Assembly: GCA_964016885.1 (NCBI GenBank)
Contig: OZ024758.1
Coordinates: 39,184,001-39,248,000 of the forward strand
Direction: 5' to 3'
Length of the DNA stretch: 64,000 bases
Origin: Eledone cirrhosa
Taxonomy: Eukaryota
Shown: positions 11,863 to 25,700 of the stretch, piece after piece
Layout of the letters: each line of letters starts with the position of its first letter
How positions within the stretch are numbered: the stretch's first letter is position 1
Program-made: the position numbers and the translations under genes
Notes under the pieces: model-generated
What the model was told of the DNA's origin: nothing
Seen by the model: the letters and a program-made list of their open reading frames with translations, nothing else
The model's database searches: none

Positions 11863-14800
11863 ATGAACTTAAATGAATTCTCACCAACAGTGGCGTTCCT
11901 TCTGACAGCTAATACCATGAACTTAAATGAATTCTCACCAACATTGGAGTTACTTCTGACAGCTAGTACCATGAACCTAAATGAATTCTCACCAACAGTG
12001 GAGTTACTTCTGACAGCTAATACCATGAACTTAAATGAATTCTCACCAACAGTGGAGTTCCTTCTGACAGCTAATACCATGAACTTAAATGAATTCTCAC
12101 CAACAGTGGAGTTACTTCTGACAGCTAGTACCATGACTTAAATGAATTCTCACCAACAGTGGAGTTACTTCTGACAGCTAATACCATGAACTTAAATGAA
12201 TTCTCACCAACAGTGGAGTTACTTCTGACAGCTAGTACCATGAACTTAAATGAATTCTCACCAACAGTGGAGTTACTTCTGACAGCTAATACCATGAACT
12301 TAAATGAATTCTCACCAACAGTGGAGTTACTTCTGACAGCTAATACCATGAACTTAAATGAATTCTCACCAACAGTGGAGTTACTTCTGACAGCTAATAC
12401 CATGAACTTAAATGAATTCTCACCAACAGTGGAGTTACTTCTGACAGCTAATACCATGAACTTAAATGAATTCTCACCAACATTGGAGTGACTTCTGACA
12501 GCTAATACCATGAACTTAAATGAATTCTCACCAACATTGGGGTTACTTCTGACAGCTAGTACCATGAACTTAAATGAATTCTCACCAACAGTGGAGTTAC
12601 TTCTGACAGCTAGTACCATGAACTTAAATGAATTCTCACCAACAGTGGAGTTACTTCTGACAGCTAATACCATGAACTTAAATGAATTCTCACCAACAGT
12701 GGAGTTACTTCTGACAGCTAATACCATGAACTTAAATGAATTCTCACCAACATTGGATTTACTTCTGACAGCTAGTACCATGAACTTAAATGAATTCTCA
12801 CCAACAGTGGAGTTACTTCTGACAGCTAATACCATGAACTTAAATGAATTCTCACCAACAGTGGAGTTACTTCTGACAGCTAATACCATGAACTTAAATG
12901 AATTCTCACCAACATTGGATTTACTTCTGACAGCTAGTACCATGAACTTAAATGAATTCTCACCAACAGTGGAGTTACTTCTGACAGCTAATACCATGAA
13001 CTTAAATGAATTCTCACCAACAGTGGCGTTCCTTCTGACAGCTAATACCATGAACTTAAATGAATTCTCACCAACAGTGGAGTTACTTCTGACAGCTACT
13101 ACCATGATTTAAATGAATTCTCACCAACGTTGGAGTTCCTTCTGACAGCTAATACCATGAACTTAAATGAATTCTCACCAACAGTGGAGTTACTTCTGAC
13201 AACTAATACCATGAACTTAAATGAATTCTCACCAACAGTGGAGTTACTTCTGACAGCTAGTACCATGAACTTAAATGAATTCTCACCAACAGTGGAGTTA
13301 CTTCTGACAGCTAATACCATGAACTTAAATGAATTCTCACCAACAGTGGAGTTACTTCTGACAGCTAATACCATGAACTTAAATGAATTCTCACCAACAG
13401 TGGAGTTACTTCTGACAGCTAATACCATGAACTTAAATGAATTCTCACCAACAGTGGAGCTACTTCTGACAGCTAATACCATGAACTTAAATGGATTCTC
13501 ACCAACATTGGAGTGACTTCTGACAGCTAATACCATGAACTTAAATGAATTCTCACCAACATTGGGGTTACTTCTGACAGCTAGTACCATGAACTTAAAT
13601 GAATTCTCACCAACAGTGGAGTTACTTCTGACAGCTAGTACCATGAACTTAAATGAATTCTCACCAACAGTGGAGTTACTTGTGACAGCTAATACCATGA
13701 ACTTAAATGAATTCTCACCAACAGTGGAGTTACTTCTGACAGCTAGTACCATGACTTAAATGAATTCTCACCAACATTGGAGTTACTTCTGACAGCTAGT
13801 ACCATGAACTTAAATGAATTCTCACCAACATTGGATTTACTTCTGACAGCTAGTACCATGAACTTAAATGAATTCTCACCAACAGTGGAGTTACTTCTGA
13901 CAGCTAGTACCATGAACTTAAATGAATTCTCACCAACAGTGGCGTTCCTTCTGACAGCTAATACCATGAACTTAAATGAATTCTCACCAACATTGGAGTT
14001 ACTTCTGACAGCTAGTACCATGAACCTAAATGAATTCTCACCAACAGTGGAGTTACTTCTGACAGCTAATACCATGAACTTAAATGAATTCTCACCAACA
14101 GTGGAGTTCCTTCTGACAGCTAATACCATGAACTTAAATGAATTCTCACCAACAGTGGAGTTACTTCTGACAGCTAGTACCATGACTTAAATGAATTCTC
14201 ACCAACAGTGGAGTTACTTCTGACAGCTAATACCATGAACTTAAATGAATTCTCACCAACAGTGGAGTTACTTCTGACAGCTAGTACCATGAACTTAAAT
14301 GAATTCTCACCAACAGTGGAGTTACTTCTGACAGCTAATACCATGAACTTAAATGAATTCTCACCAACAGTGGAGTTACTTCTGACAGCTAATACCATGA
14401 ACTTAAATGAATTCTCACCAACAGTGGAGTTACTTCTGACAGCTAATACCATGAACTTAAATGAATTCTCACCAACAGTGGAGTTACTTCTGACAGCTAA
14501 TACCATGAACTTAAATGAATTCTCACCAACATTGGAGTGACTTCTGACAGCTAATACCATGAACTTAAATGAATTCTCACCAACATTGGGGTTACTTCTG
14601 ACAGCTAGTACCATGAACTTAAATGAATTCTCACCAACAGTGGAGTTACTTCTGACAGCTAGTACCATGAACTTAAATGAATTCTCACCAACAGTGGAGT
14701 TACTTCTGACAGCTAATACCATGAACTTAAATGAATTCTCACCAACAGTGGAGTTACTTCTGACAGCTAATACCATGAACTTAAATGAATTCTCACCAAC

Positions 14801-15880
14801 ATTGGATTTACTTCTGACAGCTAGTACCATGAACTTAAATGAATTCTCACCAACAGTGGAGTTACTTCTGACAGCTAATACCATGAACTTAAATGAATTC
14901 TCACCAACAGTGGAGTTACTTCTGACAGCTAATACCATGAACTTAAATGAATTCTCACCAACATTGGATTTACTTCTGACAGCTAGTACCATGAACTTAA
15001 ATGAATTCTCACCAACAGTGGAGTTACTTCTGACAGCTAATACCATGAACTTAAATGAATTCTCACCAACAGTGGCGTTCCTTCTGACAGCTAATACCAT
15101 GAACTTAAATGAATTCTCACCAACAGTGGAGTTACTTCTGACAGCTACTACCATGATTTAAATGAATTCTCACCAACGTTGGAGTTCCTTCTGACAGCTA
15201 ATACCATGAACTTAAATGAATTCTCACCAACAGTGGAGTTACTTCTGACAACTAATACCATGAACTTAAATGAATTCTCACCAACAGTGGAGTTACTTCT
15301 GACAGCTAGTACCATGAACTTAAATGAATTCTCACCAACAGTGGAGTTACTTCTGACAGCTAATACCATGAACTTAAATGAATTCTCACCAACAGTGGAG
15401 TTACTTCTGACAGCTAATACCATGAACTTAAATGAATTCTCACCAACAGTGGAGTTACTTCTGACAGCTAATACCATGAACTTAAATGAATTCTCACCAA
15501 CAGTGGAGCTACTTCTGACAGCTAATACCATGAACTTAAATGGATTCTCACCAACATTGGAGTGACTTCTGACAGCTAATACCATGAACTTAAATGAATT
15601 CTCACCAACATTGGGGTTACTTCTGACAGCTAGTACCATGAACTTAAATGAATTCTCACCAACAGTGGAGTTACTTCTGACAGCTAGTACCATGAACTTA
15701 AATGAATTCTCACCAACAGTGGAGTTACTTGTGACAGCTAATACCATGAACTTAAATGAATTCTCACCAACAGTGGAGTTACTTCTGACAGCTAGTACCA
15801 TGACTTAAATGAATTCTCACCAACATTGGAGTTACTTCTGACAGCTAGTACCATGAACTTAAATGAATTCTCACCAACAT
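11863..15880 (+). repeat. Tandem duplication with 2049-bp (38-monomer) period
   Basis: Identical ORFs at 12125/14174, 12510/14559 and 13099/15148 (2049 = 38x54-3). Private variant GGAGCTACTTCTG at ~13456 and ~15505. Confidence 0.9.
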
Positions 15881-17370
15881 TGGAGTTACTTCTGACAACT
15901 AATACCATGACTTAAATGAATTCTCACCAACAGTGGAGTTACTTCTGACAAACTAATACCATGAACTTAAATGAATTCTCACCAACAGTGGAGTTACTTC
16001 TGACAGCTAGTACCATGAACTTAAATGAATTCTCACCAACAGTGGAGTTACTTCTGACAGCTAATACCATGAACTTAAATGAATTCTCACCAACAGTGGA
16101 GTTACTTCTGACAGCTAGTACCATGAACTTAAATGAATTCTCACCAACATTGGAGTTACTTCTGACAGCTAGTACCATGAACTTAAATGAATTCTCACCA
16201 ACAGTGGAGTTACTCCTGACAGCTAGTACCATGAACTTAAATGAATTCTCACCAACAGTGGAGCTACTTCAGACAGCTAGTACCATGAACTTAAATGAAT
16301 TCTCACCAACAGTGGAGTTACTTCTGACAGCTAGTACCATGAACTTAAATGAATTCTCACCAACAGTGGAGTTACTTCTGACAGCTAGTACCATGACTTA
16401 AATGAATTCTCACCAACAATGGAGTTACTACTGACAGCTAATACCATGACTTAAATGAATTCTCACCAACAGTGGAGTTACTTCTGACAGCTAATACCAT
16501 GAACTTAAATGAATTATCACCAACAGTGGAGTTACTTCTGACAGCTAGTACCATGAACTTAAATGAATTCTCACCAACAGTGGAGTTACTTCTGACAGCT
16601 AATACCATGAACTTAAATGAATTCTCACCAACAGTGGAGTTACTTCTGACAGCTAATACCATGAACTTAAATGAATTCTCACCAACATTGGATTTACTTC
16701 TGACAGCTAGTACCATGAACTTAAATGAATTCTCACCAACAGTGGAGTTACTTCTGACAGCTAATACCATGAACTTAAATGAATTCTCACCAACAGTGGC
16801 GTTCCTTCTGACAGCTAATACCATGAACTTAAATGAATTCTCACCAACAGTGGAGTTACTTCTGACAGCTAGTACCATGACTTAAATGAATTCTCACCAA
16901 CATTGGAGTTCCTTCTGACAGCTAATACCATGAACTTAAATGAATTCTCACCAACAGTGGAGTTACTTCTGACAGCTAATACCATGAATTTAAATGAATT
17001 CTCACCAACAGTGGAGTTACTTCTGACAGCTAATACCATGAACTTAAATGAATTCTCACCAACATTGGAGTGACTTCTGACAGCTAATACCATGAACTTA
17101 AATGAATTCTCACCAACAGTGGCGTTCCTTCTGACAGCTAATACCATGAACTTAAATGAATTCTCACCAACATTGGAGTTACTTCTGACAGCTAGTACCA
17201 TGAACCTAAATGAATTCTCACCAACAGTGGAGTTACTTCTGACAGCTAATACCATGAACTTAAATGAATTCTCACCAACAGTGGAGTTCCTTCTGACAGC
17301 TAATACCATGAACTTAAATGAATTCTCACCAACAGTGGAGTTACTTCTGACAGCTAGTACCATGACTTAA
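15150..17370 (+). repeat. Copy of the ~9930-12140 block at offset 5229 bp (97 monomers)
   Basis: Matching ORFs at 10710/15939, 10732/15961, 11209/16438, 11640/16869 and 11863/17092. Shared GAATTATC and ATGAATTTAA variants. Confidence 0.88.
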
Positions 17371-19731
17371 ATGAATTCTCACCAACATTGGAGTTACTTC
17401 TGACAGGTAGTACCATGAACTTAAATGAATTCTCACCAACAGTGGAGTTACTTCTGACAGCTAGTACCATGAACTTAAATGAATTCTCACCAACAATGGA
17501 GTTACTTCTGACAGCTAATACCATGACTTAAATGAATTCTCACCAACAGTGGAGTTACTTCTGACAGCTAATACCATGAACTTAAATGAATTCTCACCAA
17601 CAGTGGAGTTACTTCTGACAGCTAGTACCATGAACTTAAATGAATTCTCACCAACAGTGGAGTTACTTCTGACAGCTAATACCATGAACTTAAATGAATT
17701 CTCACCAACAGTGGAGTTACTTCTGACAGCTAATACCATGAACTTAAATGAATTCTCACCAACAGTGGAGTTACTTCTGACAGCTAATACCATGAACTTA
17801 AATGAATTCTCACCAACAGTGGAGTTACTTCTGACAGCTAATACCATGAACTTAAATGAATTCTCACCAACATTGGAGTGACTTCTGACAGCTAATACCA
17901 TGAACTTAAATGAATTCTCACCAACATTGGGGTTACTTCTGACAGCTAGTACCATGAACTTAAATGAATTCTCACCAACAGTGGAGTTACTTCTGACAGC
18001 TAGTACCATGAACTTAAATCAATTCTCACCAACAGTGGAGTTACTTCTGACAGCTAATACCATGAACTTAAATGAATTCTCACCAACAGTGGAGTTACTT
18101 CTGACAGCTAATACCATGAACTTAAATGAATTCTCACCAACATTGGAGTTACTTCTGACAGCTAGTACCATGAACTTAAATGAATTCTCACCAACAGTGG
18201 AGTTACTTCTGACAGCTAATACCATGAACTTAAATGAATTCTCACCAACAGTGGAGTTCCTTCTGACAGCTAATACCATGAACTTAAATGAATTCTCACC
18301 AACAGTGGAGTTACTTCTGACAGCTAGTACCATGAACTTAAATGAATTCTCACCAACAGTGGAGTTACTTCTGACAGCTAGTACCATGAACTTAAATGAA
18401 TTCTCACCAAAAGTGGAGTTACTTCTGACAGCTAGTACCATGAACTTAAATGAATTCTCACCAACAGTGGAGTTACTTCTGACAGCTAGTACCATGAACT
18501 TAAATGAATTCTCACCAACAGTGGAGTTACTTCTGACAGCTAGTACCATGACTTAAATGAATTCTCACCAACAGTGGCGTTCCTTCTGACAGCTAATACC
18601 ATGAACTTAAATGAATTCTCACCAACAGTGGAGTTACTTCTGACAGCTAGTACCATGACTTAAATGAATTCTCACCAACATTGGAGTTCCTTCTGACAGC
18701 TAATACCATGAACTTAAATGAATTCTCACCAACAGTGGAGTTACTTCTGACAGCTAATACCATGAACTTAAATGAATTCTCACCAACAGTGGAGTTACTT
18801 CTGACAGCTAATACCATGAACTTAAATGAATTCTCACCAACAGTGGAGTGACTTCTGACAGCTAATACCATGAACTTAAATGAATTCTCACCAACAGTGG
18901 CGTTCCTTCTGACAGCTAATACCATGAACTTAAATGAATTCTCACCAACAGTGGAGTTACTTCTGACAGCTAGTACCATGACTTAAATGAATTCTCACCA
19001 ACATTGGAGTTCCTTCTGACAGCTAATACCATGAACTTAAATGAATTCTCACCAACAGTGGAGTGACTTCTGACAGCTAATACCATGAACTTAAATGAAT
19101 TCTCACCAACATTGGGGTTACTTCTGACAGCTAGTACCATGAACTTAAATGAATTCTCACCAACAGTGGAGTTACTTCTGACAGCTAATACCATGAACTT
19201 AAATGAATTCTCACCAACAGTGGAGTTACTTCTGACAGCTAATACCATGAACTTAAATGAATTCTCACCAACAGTGGAGTTACTTCTGACAGCTAGTACC
19301 ATGAACTTAAATGAATTCTCACCAACAGTGGAGTTACTTCTGACAGCTAATACCATGAACTTAAATGAATTCTCACCAACAGTGGAGTGACTTCTGACAG
19401 CTAATACCATGAACTTAAATGAATTCTCACCAACATTTGAGTTACTTCTGACAGCTAGTACCATGAACCTAAATGAATTCTCACCAACAGTGGAGTTACT
19501 TCTGACAGCTAATACCATGAACTTAAATGAATTCTCACCAACAGTGGAGTTCCTTCTGACAGCTAATACCATGAACTTAAATGAATTCTCACCAACAGTG
19601 GAGTTACTTCTGACAGCTAGTACCATGACTTAAATGAATTCTCACCAACATTGGAGTTACTTCTGACAACTAATACCATGACTTAAATGAATTCTCACCA
19701 ACAGTGGAGTTACTTCTGACAAACTAATACC

Positions 19732-22700
19732 ATGAACTTAAATGAATTCTCACCAACAGTGGAGTTACTTCTGACAGCTAGTACCATGAACTTAAATGAA
19801 TTCTCACCAACAGTGGAGTTACTTCTGACAGCTAATACCATGAACTTAAATGAATTCTCACCAACAGTGGAGTTACTTCTGACAGCTAGTACCATGAACT
19901 TAAATGAATTCTCACCAACATTGGAGTTACTTCTGACAGCTAGTACCATGAACTTAAATGAATTCTCACCAACAGTGGAGTTACTTCTGACAGCTAGTAC
20001 CATGAACTTAAATGAATTCTCACCAACAGTGGAGTTACTTCTGACAGCTAGTACCATGAACTTAAATGAATTCTCACCAACAGTGGAGTTACTTCTGACA
20101 GCTAGTACCATGAACTTAAATGAATTCTCACCAACAGTGGAGTTACTTCTGACAGCTAGTACCATGACGTAAATGAATTCTCACATACAATGGAGTTACT
20201 ACTGACAGCTAATACCATGACTTAAATGAATTCTCACCAACAGTGGAGTTACTTCTGACAGCTAATACCATGAACTTAAATGAATTCTCACCAACAGTGG
20301 AGTTACTTCTACAGCTAGTACCATGAACTTAAATGAATTCTCACCAACAGTGGAGTTACTTCTGACAGCTAATACCATGAACTTAAATGAATTCTCACCA
20401 ACAGTGGAGTTACTTCTGACAGCTAATACCATGAACTTAAATGAATTCTCACCAACATTGGATTTACTTCTGACAGCTAGTACCATGAACTTAAATGAAT
20501 TCTCACCAACAGTGGAGTTACTTCTGACAGCTAATACCATGAACTTAAATGAATTCTCACCAACAGTGGCGTTCCTTCTGACAGCTAATACCATGAACTT
20601 AAATGAATTCTCACCAACAGTGGAGTTACTTCTGACAGCTACTACCATGATTTAAATGAATTCTCACCAACGTTGGAGTTCCTTCTGACAGCTAATACCA
20701 TGAACTTAAATGAATTCTCACCAACAGTGGAGTTACTTCTGACAACTAATACCATGAACTTAAATGAATTCTCACCAACAGTGGAGTTACTTCTGACAGC
20801 TAGTACCATGAACTTAAATGAATTCTCACCAACAGTGGAGTTACTTCTGACAGCTAATACCATGAACTTAAATGAATTCTCACCAACAGTGGAGTTACTT
20901 CTGACAGCTAATACCATGAACTTAAATGAATTCTCACCAACAGTGGAGTTACTTCTGACAGCTAATACCATGAACTTAAATGAATTCTCACCAACAGTGG
21001 AGTTACTTCTGACAGCTAATACCATGAACTTAAATGGATTCTCACCAACATTGGAGTGACTTCTGACAGCTAATACCATGAACTTAAATGAATTCTCACC
21101 AACATTGGGGTTACTTCTGACAGCTAGTACCATGAACTTAAATGAATTCTCACCAACAGTGGAGTTACTTCTGACAGCTAGTACCATGAACTTAAATGAA
21201 TTCTCACCAACAGTGGAGTTACTTGTGACAGCTAATACCATGAACTTAAATGAATTCTCACCAACAGTGGAGTTACTTCTGACAGCTAGTACCATGACTT
21301 AAATGAATTCTCACCAACATTGGAGTTACTTCTGACAGCTAGTACCATGAACTTAAATGAATTCTCACCAACATTGGAGTTACTTCTGACAACTAATACC
21401 ATGACTTAAATGAATTCTCACCAACAGTGGAGTTACTTCTGACAGCTAATACCATGAACTTAAATGAATTCTCACCAACAGTGGAGTTACTTCTGACAGC
21501 TAGTACCATGAACTTAAATGAATTCTCACCAACAGTGGAGTTACTTCTGACAGCTAATACCATGAACTTAAATGAATTCTCACCAACAGTGGAGTGACTT
21601 CTGACAGCTAATACCATGAACTTAAATGAATTCTCACCAACATTGGAGTTACTTCTGACAGCTAGTACCATGAACCTAAATGAATTCTCACCAGCAGTGG
21701 AGTTACTTCTGACAGCTAATACCATGAACTTAAATGAATTCTCACCAACAGTGGAGTTCCTTCTGACAGCTAATACCATGAACTTAAATGAATTCTCACC
21801 AACAGTGGAGTTACTTCTGACAGCTAGTACCATGACTTAAATGAATTCTCACCAACATTGGAGTTACTTCTGACAACTAATACCATGACTTAAATGAATT
21901 CTCACCAACAGTGGAGTTACTTCTGACAAACTAATACCATGAACTTAAATGAATTCTCACCAACAGTGGAGTTACTTCTGACAGCTAGTACCATGAACTT
22001 AAATGAATTCTCACCAACAGTGGAGTTACTTCTGACAGCTAATACCATGAACTTAAATGAATTCTCACCAACAGTGGAGTTACTTCTGACAGCTAGTACC
22101 ATGAACTTAAATGAATTCTCACCAACATTGGAGTTACTTCTGACAGCTAGTACCATGAACTTAAATGAATTCTCACCAACAGTGGAGTTACTTCTGACAG
22201 CTAGTACCATGAACTTAAATGAATTCTCACCAACAGTGGAGTTACTTCTGACAGCTAGTACCATGAACTTAAATGAATTCTCACCAACAGTGGAGTTACT
22301 TCTGACAGCTAGTACCATGAACTTAAATGAATTCTCACCAACAGTGGAGTTACTTCTGACAGCTAGTACCATGACGTAAATGAATTCTCACATACAATGG
22401 AGTTACTACTGACAGCTAATACCATGACTTAAATGAATTCTCACCAACAGTGGAGTTACTTCTGACAGCTAATACCATGAACTTAAATGAATTCTCACCA
22501 ACAGTGGAGTTACTTCTACAGCTAGTACCATGAACTTAAATGAATTCTCACCAACAGTGGAGTTACTTCTGACAGCTAATACCATGAACTTAAATGAATT
22601 CTCACCAACAGTGGAGTTACTTCTGACAGCTAATACCATGAACTTAAATGAATTCTCACCAACATTGGATTTACTTCTGACAGCTAGTACCATGAACTTA

Positions 22701-25700
22701 AATGAATTCTCACCAACAGTGGAGTTACTTCTGACAGCTAATACCATGAACTTAAATGAATTCTCACCAACAGTGGCGTTCCTTCTGACAGCTAATACCA
22801 TGAACTTAAATGAATTCTCACCAACAGTGGAGTTACTTCTGACAGCTACTACCATGATTTAAATGAATTCTCACCAACGTTGGAGTTCCTTCTGACAGCT
22901 AATACCATGAACTTAAATGAATTCTCACCAACAGTGGAGTTACTTCTGACAACTAATACCATGAACTTAAATGAATTCTCACCAACAGTGGAGTTACTTC
23001 TGACAGCTAGTACCATGAACTTAAATGAATTATCACCAACAGTGGAGTTACTTCTGACAGCTAATACCATGAACTTAAATGAATTCTCACCAACAGTGGA
23101 GTTACTTCTGACAGCTAATACCATGAACTTAAATGAATTCTCACCAACAGTGGAGTTACTTCTGACAGCTAATACCATGAACTTAAATGAATTCTCACCA
23201 ACAGTGGAGTTACTTCTGACAGCTAATACCATGAACTTAAATGGATTCTCACCAACATTGGAGTGACTTCTGACAGCTAATACCATGAACTTAAATGAAT
23301 TCTCACCAACATTGGGGTTACTTCTGACAGCTAGTACCATGAACTTAAATGAATTCTCACCAACAGTGGAGTTACTTCTGACAGCTAGTACCATGAACTT
23401 AAATGAATTCTCACCAACAGTGGAGTTACTTGTGACAGCTAATACCATGAACTTAAATGAATTCTCACCAACAGTGGAGTTACTTCTGACAGCTAGTACC
23501 ATGACTTAAATGAATTCTCACCAACATTGGAGTTACTTCTGACAGCTAGTACCATGAACTTAAATGAATTCTCACCAACATTGGAGTTACTTCTGACAAC
23601 TAATACCATGACTTAAATGAATTCTCACCAACAGTGGAGTTACTTCTGACAAACTAATACCATGAACTTAAATGAATTCTCACCAACAGTGGAGTTACTT
23701 CTGACAGCTAGTACCATGAACTTAAATGAATTCTCACCAACAGTGGAGTTACTTCTGACAGCTAATACCATGAACTTAAATGAATTCTCACCAACAGTGG
23801 AGTTACTTCTGACAGCTAGTACCATGAACTTAAATGAATTCTCACCAACATTGGAGTTACTTCTGACAGCTAGTACCATGAACTTAAATGAATTCTCACC
23901 AACAGTGGAGTTACTTCTGACAGCTAGTACCATGACGTAAATGAATTCTCACATACAATGGAGTTACTACTGACAGCTAATACCATGACTTAAATGAATT
24001 CTCACCAACAGTGGAGTTACTTCTGACAGCTAATACCATGAACTTAAATGAATTCTCACCAACAGTGGAGTTACTTCTACAGCTAGTACCATGAACTTAA
24101 ATGAATTCTCACCAACAGTGGAGTTACTTCTGACAGCTAATACCATGAACTTAAATGAATTCTCACCAACAGTGGAGTTACTTCTGACAGCTAATACCAT
24201 GAACTTAAATGAATTCTCACCAACATTGGATTTACTTCTGACAGCTAGTACCATGAACTTAAATGAATTCTCACCAACAGTGGAGTTACTTCTGACAGCT
24301 AATACCATGAACTTAAATGAATTCTCACCAACAGTGGCGTTCCTTCTGACAGCTAATACCATGAACTTAAATGAATTCTCACCAACAGTGGAGTTACTTC
24401 TGACAGCTACTACCATGATTTAAATGAATTCTCACCAACGTTGGAGTTCCTTCTGACAGCTAATACCATGAACTTAAATGAATTCTCACCAACAGTGGAG
24501 TTACTTCTGACAACTAATACCATGAACTTAAATGAATTCTCACCAACAGTGGAGTTACTTCTGACAGCTAGTACCATGAACTTAAATGAATTCTCACCAA
24601 CAGTGGAGTTACTTCTGACAGCTAATACCATGAACTTAAATGAATTCTCACCAACAGTGGAGTTACTTCTGACAGCTAATACCATGAACTTAAATGAATT
24701 CTCACCAACAGTGGAGTTACTTCTGACAGCTAATACCATGAACTTAAATGAATTCTCACCAACAGTGGAGTTACTTCTGACAGCTAATACCATGAACTTA
24801 AATGGATTCTCACCAACATTGGAGTGACTTCTGACAGCTAATACCATGAACTTAAATGAATTCTCACCAACATTGGGGTTACTTCTGACAGCTAGTACCA
24901 TGAACTTAAATGAATTCTCACCAACAGTGGAGTTACTTCTGACAGCTAGTACCATGAACTTAAATGAATTCTCACCAACAGTGGAGTTACTTGTGACAGC
25001 TAATACCATGAACTTAAATGAATTCTCACCAACAGTGGAGTTACTTCTGACAGCTAGTACCATGACTTAAATGAATTCTCACCAACATTGGAGTTACTTC
25101 TGACAGCTAGTACCATGAACTTAAATGAATTCTCACCAACATTGGAGTTACTTCTGACAACTAATACCATGACTTAAATGAATTCTCACCAACAGTGGAG
25201 TTACTTCTGACAAACTAATACCATGAACTTAAATGAATTCTCACCAACAGTGGAGTTACTTCTGACAGCTAGTACCATGAACTTAAATGAATTCTCACCA
25301 ACAGTGGAGTTACTTCTGACAGCTAATACCATGAACTTAAATGAATTCTCACCAACAGTGGAGTTACTTCTGACAGCTAGTACCATGAACTTAAATGAAT
25401 TCTCACCAACATTGGAGTTACTTCTGACAGCTAGTACCATGAACTTAAATGAATTCTCACCAACAGTGGAGTTACTTCTGACAGCTAGTACCATGAACTT
25501 AAATGAATTCTCACCAACAGTGGAGCTACTTCAGACAGCTAGTACCATGAACTTAAATGAATTCTCACCAACAGTGGAGTTACTTCTGACAGCTAGTACC
25601 ATGAACTTAAATGAATTCTCACCAACAGTGGAGTTACTTCTGACAGCTAGTACCATGACGTAAATGAATTCTCACATACAATGGAGTTACTACTGACAGC

